A stretch of 61,753 nt of DNA, counting the filler, from Nemertoderma westbladi (Eukaryota > Animalia > Xenacoelomorpha), in NCBI GenBank assembly GCA_032718475.1. It is 2 parts of 2 records of this genome, joined end to end, with 100 filler letters (N's around TTAATTAATTAA, not from the genome) between each part and the next. Parts side by side here need not be neighbours in the genome. Positions count along the whole stretch, not along the records: positions 1 to 31,461 come from JAUCBJ010002679.1; 1 more part is not named here. One strand, written 5' to 3'. Of the stretch, positions 1-11,337 are shown in pieces. The stretch's first letter is position 1, and each line of letters opens with the position of its first letter. The notes beneath the pieces are model-generated. The model saw only the letters and a list, made by a program, of their open reading frames with translations, was not told where the DNA came from and made no database searches. Position numbers and translations under genes: made by a program.

Positions 1-47
1 CCCTGCACACTAGCTGTGTGGCCTACCAGGCCCCCGCTGGTCGGACC

Positions 48-878
48 ATGAGTCATAGTCTATGCCTCAGTGAGTCATAGTCTATACCTCAGTGAGTCAT
101 AGTCTATGCCTCAGTGAGGCATATTCTATGCCTCAGTGCCTCAGTGAGGCATAGTCTATGCCTCAGTGCCTCAGTGAGGCATAGTCTATGCCTCAATGAG
201 GCATAGTATATGCCTCAGTGAGTCATAGTCTATGCCTCAGTGCCCCAGTGAGACATAGTCTATGCCTCAGGAGGCATAGTCTATGCCTCAGTGCCTCAGT
301 GAGTCATAGTCTATGCCTCAGTGCCCCAGTGAGGCATAGTCTATGCCTCAGTGAGGCATAGTCTATGCCTCAGTGAGGCATAGTCTATGCCTCAGTGAGT
401 CATAGTATATGCCTCAGTGAGTCATAGTCTATGCCTCAGTGCCCCAGTGAGACATAGTCTATGCCTCAGGAGGCATAGTCTATGCCTCAGTGCCTCAGTG
501 AGTCATATTCTATGCCTCAGTGAGGCATAGTCTATGCCTCAGTGCCCCAGTGAGGCATAGTCTATGCCTCAGTGAGGCATAGTCTATGCCTCAGTGAGTC
601 ATAGTATATGCCTCAGTGAGTCATAGTCTATGCCTCAGTGCCCCAGTGAGACATAGTCTATGCCTCAGGAGGCATAGTCTCTGCCTCAGTGCCTCAGTGA
701 GTCATAGTCTATGCCCCAGTGAGGCATAGTCTATGCCTCAGTGAGGCATAGTCTATGCCTCAGTGAGGCATAGTCTATGCCTCAGTGAGTCATAGTATAT
801 GCCTCAGTGAGGCATAGTCTATGCCTCAGTGAGTCATAGTATATGCCTCACTGAGGCATAGTCTATGCCTCAGTGAGC
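48..878. repeat. 22-bp minisatellite (TGAGGCATAG-T-CTATGCCTCA-G)n with 30-bp variants
   Basis: The unit ATAGTCTATGCCTCAGTGAGGC is read directly about 35 times, with occasional 8-bp GCCTCAGT/GCCCCAGT insertions. Each unit is a 10-bp inverted repeat pair with 1-nt spacers. Confidence 0.95.
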
Positions 879-967
879 AACGTACAATCTACCTACTATG
901 TAGATTATCTACCTACTCTATAAACTAACCTCTATGCCTCAACGAACAAATTCGAAGGTTACTGTTC

Positions 968-1047
968 CACCTTGGTGTAGTGGTTGCGTTGAATTCACAT
1001 CTCCCGTATGTCATGGGTTCGATCCCTGCATGAACCAGGGCAGTTTT
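968..1047 (+). ncRNA. tRNA-like Pol III unit (SINE head or small Pol III RNA)
   Basis: A box TGGTGTAGTGG 973-983, B box GGTTCGATCCC 1016-1026 and a T4 run at 1044-1047. No convincing cloverleaf. Confidence 0.45.
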
Positions 1048-1141
1048 CGTTTGGTTAGCAATAGGCCTAACGTTGCAAAATGCAGTATTATTGCCTAGTA
1101 ACCAATTCATGGCTATCGTATGGTTTTCACTTTAAGACATT

Positions 1142-1158
1142 TCGCCCTCTAGCGGCAG
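1142..1158 (-). promoter_or_regulatory. CTCF-like motif
   Basis: The minus strand reads CTGCCGCTAGAGGGCGA, matching the CTCF core CCRCYAGRGGGCR. Motif match only. Confidence 0.3.
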
Positions 1159-2418
1159 ACTGGGGAACTTCAGACTACTCTGTGACTCCACAAAAGATAT
1201 AGCCTATGCCGTAGTAGATGGCGATTGGGGGGTCAAATTAAGTAATAATATATCTAAATAAGCCTCAAACATCTTGCCTCATGGCTCGCCCCTTAGAACC
1301 CTTAAGCAATATAACTTCATAGTTTTTAAGGAAAACTGGTAAATGAGATGTGTTAATTACGCATACCTCGCAGTCTTAAGTAATTAATTATACAGTAGGT
1401 TAGATCGTTTTGAGAATAGGACCATTGGAAAGAGCGCCCTCGATAACCTCAGTACAAAGAAAATTAATACGGATTAACCGGATATAGCTTGTTATTATAA
1501 AACATAAATTACAGTAGAACAATTAGGGTTGTAAATAAAAACAATAATTAAATTGAAGATAAACTGTATATATATATATATATATATATAAACTTATGTA
1601 TTAAAAGAGGGCCCTATTTAATTATACAGTATACTGAAAATGGTTAGCGATACCATAATTAGATTATCGATAGGGATGCGGCTTCCTTAAATGAGGCAAT
1701 CCTGGCCTAGATATAATAAAGGACCCAAGTGATGCCGGCTATAGTGAGAACAAAGGAGGGCCGCTGGAACATTAGCCTTAGCGATATACGGATTTGGTGT
1801 AGTCAAGGCCGCGTTGGGATTATTAGTGAGTCATCAAAGGGGCTGCTAACAGACGGGACCGCTCATTTATATTTGCCTTGGGGGTATACGTGTAGATTCA
1901 ATGCGTGTTGTATCTACTTAATGAATAATGAGGGCAGAGGAGGGGTCCCCCGCCGATGAATGTAGTTGATAGTTGCCGGGAATGTGGTGAACGGGGGATG
2001 CAATAGGTAATTATAAAGTTAAATATAGACATTATGTCATAGTGATCTCATTGGTAATATAAAAACTAATTAATCTAAAAATAGAAATCAATGTATAAAG
2101 TAAAAGTAATACAATTAATTAATTTAAAATAAAGTACAAATGAATAATTAATTTAGAATTAAATACGAATAAAATAAAATGCAAATAATTAATTAAAATT
2201 AAATATAAATAAATAAGTATTAATGAATAAAAGTGCTGCGGTGTCACTTATGACACCCTCTTGCTCCTCTTTGAGATAGTTGGACCTCACTGATGACTCA
2301 TTGTGTGTCGGGGCGCTAATCAGTCTGATTAATTAGGATAACCAATTAAACCCTAATTAGGAGTCGTAAAACACCTATTAGGGTTTAATTGTACTAATTA
2401 ATTGATGACACCTGTCAA

Positions 2419-2736
2419 TTAGGGTGGCGAAGTAGTTAGATTGAACGTTATTTTGTTGTCCCTTTTTAAAAGTTTGAAACCGTGGTTGGAGGAATGAAGT
2501 TTGTTATCATCGAGGGTTTGATATTGTCCATCGTGAAGTTCGTAGCAGGCGCGGAAAATAAAGTGCGCGTAGTTTGCCGGAATCGGGATGGGTTGGTTTA
2601 AGGTTGTATTTATCGTTAACGGGAAGAGTTTGTTCGCCGGATCGAAATATAGACCAAACGAGTTGTCTTGTAGCATAAACTGATTTTCGTTGCAAACCAG
2701 ATCGTTGCTTGAATAGCTGATTTCTGAATGTGCCAT
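2419..2736 (-). CDS. Hypothetical 105-aa protein, intronless
   Basis: ATG in good Kozak context (cacaATGG), protein-like composition in an otherwise AT-rich region, and upstream TATA/CCAAT/CRE motifs. No family recognised. Confidence 0.45.
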   Translation of the reverse strand: MAHSEISYSSNDLVCNENQFMLQDNSFGLYFDPANKLFPLTINTTLNQPIPIPANYAHFIFRACYELHDGQYQTLDDNKLHSSNHGFKLLKRDNKITFNLTTSPP

Positions 2737-2830
2737 TGTGATTGTGTACCGGTAACTCGTTTAGGAAATAAAAATAAATAAATACTTTTACGAAAATAAT
2801 TAAAACTTTTCAGGAAAACAAAGAGACAAT

Positions 2831-2982
2831 GATTGGGAATGTGGTGAACGGGGGCTATTATAGAGGGGGCTAGAATGGGTTAGCCAATCAGGGAACAGGA
2901 GGGAGAAAAGACTGTATAATTAAACCAATCAGAGAGCAGCTTTGATGACGTCACATCAGGCGAGATAATGATTGCCCAATGT
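2831..2982 (-). promoter_or_regulatory. Compact Pol II promoter-like cluster upstream of the 105-aa ORF
   Basis: TATAATA on the minus strand 2856-2862, CCAAT boxes (AGCCAATCAG at 2882, AACCAATCAG at 2923) and the CRE palindrome TGACGTCA 2946-2953. Confidence 0.45.
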
Positions 2983-4197
2983 TATTCAATGGTAGGCAGA
3001 GTGGCGCCATTGAATAACGAAGACAAAGGGGCCGCGAGAGGAAAGATTATAAAGTTAACGATAAGGGATCTATAAACCATAGAGCTAAAAATAGACATTA
3101 TGTCATAGTGATCTCATTGGTAATATAAAAACTAATTAATCTAAAAATAGAAATCAATATATAAAATAAAAGTAATACAATTAATTAATTTAAAATAAAG
3201 TACAAATGAATAAATAAAGTAAAATAGAATACAAATAATTAATTAAAATTAAATATAAATAAATAGGTATTAATGAATAAAAGAAACATACCGGTATTAC
3301 AACCAACCAGGGTTTACCAACCAGGGTAAAATTTATTTATTTATTTATTTATTCCAGACATCAGTAAAATTAAATACATAATACAGACGTCCATATAGCA
3401 CAGTAAAACAATAAATTGTATTATTATAATTAAATCAACGTATGTAATGTATGGTAGGGTATAGGGTAGGCTTACTATGTAAGCATCGAGTAAAAAAATA
3501 TATTGCATATTAGGTAATATAATAAAAATGCCCTTAGTACAGTAGGCTAGAGTCCAGCATGGCCCGTATCCGCGACGTAGCGGACGTTACCCTGGTGACC
3601 GTTAAAAGTAATACAATTAATTAATTTAAAATAAAGTACAAATGAATAAATAAAGTAAAATAGAATACAAATAATTGATTAAAATTAAATATAAATAAAT
3701 AGGTATTAATGAATAAAAGAAACATACCGGTATTACAACTATCGGTGGGTGTAACATACCGGTATTACAACTACCGGTAGGTGTAACAGAGGGGGCGGGG
3801 CGCTTGGATACAACTATTATTAATAAGCTGTTGCTTGGTTAAAGCTAATTGGGGGTCAAAGGTCAAAGGTCAACGATAAAGCTGTCTGGAGTAATTAGTT
3901 ACCAGTAGGGGAGCTGTATACCCTAGGGCTAAATAAGGCTGCAAGTCTATGGTTAGATGCTTCCAATAATGATCTCATTTAGTAGCGGTAAGTAATATAA
4001 AAACTAATTAATCTAAAAATAGAAATCAATGTATAAAGTAAAAGTAATACAATTAATTAATTTAAAATAAAGTACAAATGAATAATTAATTTAAAATTAA
4101 ATATGAATAAATAAAGGTAAATAAAATATAGATAATTAATTAAAATTAAATATAAATAAATAACAGAGCTGTGGTGTCACTTATGACACTCTCTTGA

Positions 4198-4483
4198 GCC
4201 GGCTCTGCGACAGTTGGACAACACTGATGACCCATTGTGTGTCAGGGCGCTAATCAGTCTGATTAATTAGGATAATCAATTAAACCCTAATAGGACACAT
4301 GTTAGGGTTTAATTGTACTAATTAATTGATGACACCTGTCAATTAGGGTCTAATTAGCCTAATTGGGAGGTGTCACCCAGACAGTCTGGCGCCAATGACA
4401 CCCAATGACACCCATAGGGTGATAATTGGGTGTCATATGACACCCAATGGGTGTCAGTTGGGTCCAACTGTCGCAGAGCCGGC
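4198..4483. repeat. Perfect 22-bp inverted repeat enclosing multiple internal palindromes
   Basis: GCCGGCTCTGCGACAGTTGGAC (4198-4219) pairs with GTCCAACTGTCGCAGAGCCGGC (4462-4483). Inside are CAATTAAACCCTAA/TTAGGGTTTAATTG and many TGACACCC/GGGTGTCA motifs. Confidence 0.9.
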
Positions 4484-4498
4484 CAAGACCCTACTACT

Positions 4499-5977
4499 TT
4501 CTACCAAATGAAATTTCATAAAAATTTAAAGAAGGGCGAAGTAACTATCAAGTCACACCTGGAACCTTAAAAAATTGAAATTTATTTGTGTCTATGTTTG
4601 AGAGTCACTTAATTGCATTAAAAACCAAAAATTGGCACATTTTCTAAGTTTATATTAGAAATAACTTTGATGATTGTTTTAAACATATGTTTTTAGAGGT
4701 TCCACAATGTTAGGTTACACAACAACCTGCTGCGAAAATCTCCGCCAATTCGTCAAGCCGTTCTCGAGAAAAAGGTACATTTTTGTCTCCGAATCACACG
4801 AAAAAGTAAATGCGGAGAAAAACGCATTTAAAAAAAAGGCATTTCATGTTTTCAAACCTTCTCGCTAATTTTATGTAATTCGCGGGATATTTCAAAAATG
4901 AGCCAAAATATGATAAACTAAATATGATAAACTAAACCTGCAAACCAAAATTTACGATTTGGGGGTTTTCGTAGTCGCTGATTTCATTTTTGATATCTGT
5001 TTTGAAGTTTGTTGACATCTGGACTGTCTGTTTGTCTGTCTTTCTGTCTGTCTGACTGTCAGTCTCACTGACTATATATAAGTTAAGCCATTTTAATACC
5101 ATTTTAATATAATTTATGATGTGGGGGTTTTCTTAGTCGCTGATTCCATACCCGATGTCACTTTTTTAATGTTTGACTGAACCTAGATTGTCTGTTTTTA
5201 TGTCTGTATGTCTGTCTCTCAAAATATAAGGAGGCATATCACCTAAACAAAATATGTGACATGTCTGTCTGTCTGTCTCTCTTGACAGACATACAAGTTT
5301 ACAGACATATTGAACTCATATTACAGACATACAGTATTAACAGGAAAGATAACACCGAAAATTAAATCACCGTCAAAAAACCCCGCATTGAAAGTTTTAG
5401 TGAAGTAGTGGGCTTTGTTATATTTTTGAAGGACAGACAGACAAACTAGATTACGCCAAATTTGAAAACTGACACCGGAAATGAATTCCTCGACCTCAAA
5501 AACACAGCAATAATTTCAGTTAGGTTGTGTACATCATTATGTCCAAACAGACAGACAAATAGATAAGGTTACAGAATAACAAAAAAACAGACAACTTAAG
5601 CTTATGATGTAAATGTAGGGTTTAGATTTCTGAAATTTACGTTAAATTCTGATTTACAATTGATAAAAAAAAATTTCGAAAATTTTTTATATTTTGAAAA
5701 GTTATGGGGTACCATCTACACTTAAAAGTTTAGAAAAATATAAAGAAATACCCGAATATAGAAACTTTTGGACTATTGATTGTTTGTACTATTAAGGTAC
5801 TTATTTATTGCGGATTTCATTTTGTTGGCCTTGGCATATATTTATTTTAAATTTAATCACTTTCAATGTATAAGCCGGCTTATTTCTTTTGTATTTATTC
5901 ACTGTTTATATGTTTATTTATGGCGTTTTTGAAAAATCCCCACACAATAAATCGCCGACACGCGTCCGCGCTACTAG
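4499..5977 (+). mobile_element. Non-autonomous Helitron-like element (5' boundary uncertain)
   Basis: The 3' end GCCGACACGCGTCCGCGCTACTAG|T is a short GC palindrome followed by CTAG before T. Internal (GTCT)n/(AGAC)n tracts and GGGGGTTTTC..AGTCGCTGATT repeats occur in both orientations. Confidence 0.4.
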
Positions 5978-6096
5978 TGTGGAACAACAAAACTACTGTA
6001 TTTGTTATCACTAAGGCCTACAGTAATAAGGCCTACTAGCTACCGGTCTGGTACTGACCATACAGTGGACTAACAGTAATACAGTATATTACTCAC

Positions 6097-7407
6097 TGTT
6101 ACTGTCTGTTCCATCTGCAGAAGGCTGGTTTGCAGAACCGTCGGGGGTTGTTGTGGGCCAGGTTTTGATTCGTTTACGCACGGGACTTAGAGGCCGCTCG
6201 TACATGTGCGCCGCATGTCTTAGAAATCCAGCAAAGGATGTTGACATACTGGAGGATGAGTTGATGTCAATGTCGCTGGATGACAGACGAATTCCCGGCC
6301 TCTTTAAAAGATACTATTAAATGCAATTCAAATTATGTTAATTCAATAGTTCATAGTTCAATTCATTAATTAAATGTTCTGTAAGTCCTATGATTGGGCA
6401 GGTACATTAGACCTACTGTATGATGATATTTTTATGTTATTTCAGAAATCCATCAAAAATGGATACCACCTGAAAATCAGACCACTACTTCCGTCAGCTG
6501 AAGACCAAGTTCTTTCGAGTCACAGTGGAAATTGTACTTTTATACTGGAGGTGGTAAGACCTGGACACTGACGAAATCACTTAAACAACTAATTGATGGA
6601 TTTGTCACAAAATAAGACTACTACAACTGTTAGTGCAGCTTGAGAAAATACAATACATATACCTAGCTTTATACATACTGTAGTACAGTACAATAACCAT
6701 ATAACTTGTATCAACTACTCTTCGTACACAGTCTATCCGTGGGCACTCAGCGTAAGATGAGGCCAAGCCAGATGTACTTTTTAGAAAGCCAGCACAACGT
6801 AGGTGTTCCCGTGGACTAATATATAGACCAACTTGAATGGGATACTGGACTTGAGAGAAACGAAATTTCGGCAACTGCGGAGAAACGGGAAGCCTTGAAA
6901 GATCTCATTTCAACTGTTCGAACTCACTCGATTAGTCGATTTCACAAATCAGAATACCGGTACCACATATTTTTGTCAGGTCGGGTAAGCAAAAAGGTAG
7001 TGAAGAAGTGGTGAAATGCAAACTAAACATACAAACTGCTTCCCCCCATTCAGTTGCCTAAAACTTGGTTTGAATAAACTCAATAAACCAGGTTACCGAG
7101 CACGAGTATTATTGAGCTGCGTCCTCGAACAACACATAAGCCTATATATATATAATTAAATTATGATATTTAATTAAACTACTAAATAATTAATTAATAC
7201 CTCTCGCATTTTCAGCCAGCTCTCCTGCGACAAATCGCCCGGCTGTAATCTGTTACCGTCGCTTAATTCCGGAAAGTCGGTTAGTAGCTCAACAAACTGG
7301 TTATTGAAAGAGGTCTCGCTGGTGGTCTGTCTGGGACTGTTAGATCCTTCGGACGATAGCTTATCCATCTCTCTCTGACAAAAACAACAAAAATTCACAT
7401 CAGACAA
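6097..7407 (-). pseudogene. Decayed multi-exon gene of unknown family
   Basis: Exon-like segments at 7201-7407 (donor GAG|GTATTA), a 59-nt AT-rich intron 7142-7200, a following segment in one frame with four in-frame stops, and 6097-6301 (AG acceptor, open frame RPGIRLSS...GTDSN, GTGAGT donor). Confidence 0.35.
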
Positions 7408-8943
7408 TATGTACAGTAAATTACTATTAAAGTATTTAATTTATATGAAATTAATAAAATTAGAGTAAAATTATCTAAAATCCTCCTACAGTTCAGTATA
7501 TGCAATACTGCAGGCTATAGTTGTACCCACACTTGCAATTCAAACTCAATAAAATACCATATTGATCATTAATTCATTACAAATCGAAAAAGGAACCACA
7601 TTAACTCCATGTACTATACATCCACACTGTTTTACAAAAGTAAGCTACAGTACCACGATGATGATGATATTGTGTGTCTTTACAATGAACTTCGTTACAC
7701 TTGTCACCACAATTTGAAGTTCTATCGATTGCAGATTGAAATAGTTAGTAAACTACAATACGCTGCTGCGAATCAATCAGATAGAGGAGGGGAGGGGGGG
7801 GGGGGGGGGGGGCATGGGACTGATTTTAGACGCAATCAAAGTTCATTCACCCCCCTCTAGGGTAATCCACGCCAATGACAGCTGATTACGCACAAAAATA
7901 AAAATGTAACCTGTTCTACCCAGTTCTGTTGACTTTCGTTTATTGTTTCGGTTAGAATAACGTGTATTACTGAAACGCTGCATTGCGGCATGCCAGTGTG
8001 GATTGTATGGTGGTGGTAAAAATATTTCGATTGTACGAAATATATTCGTGTATAGGTAATATATTATCCATATATAGTAGTTATTAGTTTACTCATTGTA
8101 AGTATACTTATATTATACAGCTATTAGTTTATTAGTTTTACGTTTTATTATACTTGACAGTGTTTGGGTATTTCCCTTACATCGGTTAAGCCAGCATAGC
8201 ATCTCATCAATGTGCAGCTTTAATGTAGCAGGCCGATTAACGTCGTTGTACTGTAGTAGTAGTTATATTGAATATAATTTAATGTTTCGGTTATAATAAC
8301 ATATCACTGTAACCTGCTCCTTTCCCTTAATTGAACAATTTAACATTGAGATGAGATATTAATTCGCCGGGATGGGATTTACGTCCAGGTATCATCAAAA
8401 CATAAAACATCAACAACAGTTCCCCATTATTAATTAGCATGAACTGAACTCCAGTCAACACAACGCCCATCCTTCAATTCAACTGACAACCTCATTAATA
8501 AATCGATTTCATTTGTATTTTTACCTGTTCGAGATTATTTGTTTCCCCGGGGTTGTATATAATCTTAGAGAAATATTCGTGCCGAGATGAATCTCTCCTG
8601 GTAATAACTCCGATCATTCGAGACCAAGCCGACTGTTTGGACGTTAGCTTCGTCATATCGATCGCCTCACCTAAGATTACAATAGGGTTTATTGTTTAGG
8701 TTCCATTTGTCAATCATTAAAAAACTAAATTCGGCAACTCGGCAATTCGGCAAAGCCATCTAAAGTCAGTATCTTTCACGATTTTAATAACTAACTTGCA
8801 ATCCTGTATAATCTTGTAACATTAATTGTCGTTTGATTTTCACAAACACAATTGTCCTTGTTCCTCCTACCCACTTCTGTGAGCAGGTTACAGAGGCAAT
8901 TTATGGGGGGTGGGGGCTACCGTCGGTAGGCGTGGGTCATAGC

Positions 8944-10359
8944 CAAGGCGTACTATATACAAGGCCATGCCATTGAGTTTTAACTGGGGGCGGTGACTGG
9001 GGGCAAGGTTTTTGTTTACAACAATTTGATATTTTGATATTTTTTGCTGCAATTTGATCAATAGACGTAATTGAAGCATCCTCGTTAAGTAAGATACAAA
9101 ATTTTATGGTAGCTAGTGTTATAGGTAGGTTTAGCTAGTAATTTCGACACTGGTTCCGACATCCTACTTCCTTCTATAAATATTTTCTAGTAGCTAGTTC
9201 TGGTTACTATTTGTATAGAAAATGCAAGATCCATGCGTTTTAAATAGAATCCAGATTTTTTCTAGAAAAATGTTCTAGAACAAAAAATATGTGTTCTAGA
9301 ACATAATTAAAAAAAAAATGAATAGCTAACATGTTCTGGGACATTTTCGGTAACAGTTCCGTATCGAACTGCATTTTTATAACATAAATCATTGTTACCA
9401 TGGCAATAGTGAAGAGTTCTAGAACAAAAAATATATAATATACACTATTCTAGAACAAAAAAAAACAATTATTGTTCTAGAACATATAGCTAGTAATTTT
9501 TTAAGTTTAAAATAGCTAGTAATAAAAAAAAGTTTATTTATTTATAATATTATTAAAAAATTTATCTACCGTTACCAAATTGTATCATTTGATAAATTTA
9601 CTAGCTATTTTAAAATTAAAAAAAACTAGCTATATGTTTTAGAACATTACTATTTATTATTTTATTTATGTAATATTATATGTATTATGCACTATCCTAG
9701 AGCATAAATAATACATAATAATATCATTTTCTAGAACATATAGCATTATAGCAGAGCATGTAGCAGAACATTATTTTTCAAATTTAAAATAGCTAGTAAT
9801 ACAAAAAATTTATTTATTTATGTTATTTATTTATTAGAAAATTTATCTACTAAATTGGATGTTTTTTTAAATTTACTAGCTATTTAAAAAAAAAAAAAAA
9901 TAGCAATATGTTCTCGAACATTATATTTTTTATTTTATTTATGTTCTAGAATAGTATATAATAATTTTCTATTGTTCTAGAACTCTTCAATGTTGCCATA
10001 GTAACAATGGCATATGTTTTAAAAATGCAGTTCTATACGGAACTCTAGACACATTTTCTATACAATTAGTAATAAGAACTACAGTAGCTACTACAAAATA
10101 TTTATAGAAGGAAGTAGGATGTCGGAACCAGTGTCGAAATTACTAGCTAAAGCTACCTAAAACACTAGCTACCATAAAATGTTGTATCTTACTTAACGAG
10201 GAGGCTTCAAGTACGTCCATTGATCAAATTGCAGCAAATGAAAATTTATAGAACTCTCCCCATATCAAAATATCAAATTGTTGTAAAAAAAAAAAATCTT
10301 GCCCCCAGTCACCGGCCCCAGTTAACTCGATGGCATGGCCTTGTATATAGTACACCTTG
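8944..10359. mobile_element. Non-autonomous P-superfamily-like foldback DNA transposon
   Basis: Termini CAAGGCGTACTATATACAAGGCCATGCCA / TGGCATGGCCTTGTATATAGTACACCTTG. 8-bp TSD GTCATAGC at 8936-8943 and 10360-10367. The inverted arms extend roughly 600 bp. Confidence 0.85.
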
Positions 10360-11337
10360 GTCATAGCATGTGATATCAGTGGTTGCATGGGTGTTTGAAA
10401 AAGGTGGACTGGACACAGAAAACATGGACAATGGGCAGACCAATCACGGGCGAGTTGTGTCACATAGCATGTCCACCTTATTTAGCTTTGTTGTCTACCT
10501 TTTTCATGCAGTATTAGAAAAAGGTGGACTGGGTTGAAAAAGAACATACAATGAATTGATAAATCAGATTGATTTGCACATTATAGCAGCTCTTTCCACG
10601 TTTTTAAAAAATTTCAGAAGGTTTTTATGGATTATTGTTTATATTATTATCCCATACTTACTGTGACCAACTGAAGTTGTCCAAGTAGGCCCTAGTTAAA
10701 TAATAAGGGGCAAGCCACGAAGTCTGTGAGCTGAGCCTTAGCCAATATTTGAAGGTTAATATTCTAATGCATTATATCGTTAATTATAATAACTATCTAT
10801 TGTAAGGTAAATATAATGTTTTTTTAACCGTTCGTCCCGAGATCTGTTTATAAACGACCGAGCGCAGCGAGGGAGGTAAATAAGTCAGATCGAGGCGCGA
10901 AAAGGTTAATAATGTATTTTATTTATTCTACAATTACGCCCCCGTGTAGTTTTATTGTTAAAATCATGCTTATTATTATTATAATTACTGTATCAAAATA
11001 AATTTATTGTTTAATAAATATTTTTGTCGATATTGCACCATATTATTCTTCGTCCTTATTGTGATTTGTTCGTAGCAATGGAAAGCTTTCGTGCAACGAT
11101 TCTAAATAAGTAAACAACTATTAGTTCGTTGAGAATTAGCTGAGTTATCGGCGTTCAAAAATTGCAGGTATTTGCTTTCGCTGCAACCTGCTAGGCCATT
11201 TTTCTATTTCATACATACACAACAATTTTTAGACATTATTATTTAATTATTTGTTTGATTTAATTTTACTATTGCGTAGCTCTACTCATTAAATAAACAA
11301 AATATTCCAGAATATTAATCATTACAGTACTGCAGTA

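Larger units (their letters stand above)
2026..4162. repeat. Dispersed ~120-210-bp AT-rich block, 4 copies (~2026-2232, 3091-3283, 3604-3720, 3993-4162)
   Basis: The core AAAAGTAATACAATTAATTAATTTAAAATAAAGTACAAATGAATAA is shared by all four. Copies 1 and 4 continue into a shared GGTGTCACTTATGACAC...CAATTAGGG block (2240-2424, 4173-4348). Confidence 0.9.
1..4498. mobile_element. Putative right arm/terminus of a Polinton/Maverick-like element (left end outside window)
   Basis: Ends in ...CCCTACTACT (4493-4498 ACTACT, the complement of the AGTAGT Polinton terminus). It is preceded by a 22-bp perfect inverted repeat, reiterated AT-rich blocks and a small intronless ORF, and sequence character changes abruptly after 4498. 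No polB, integrase or capsid gene is visible in the window. Confidence 0.45.
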
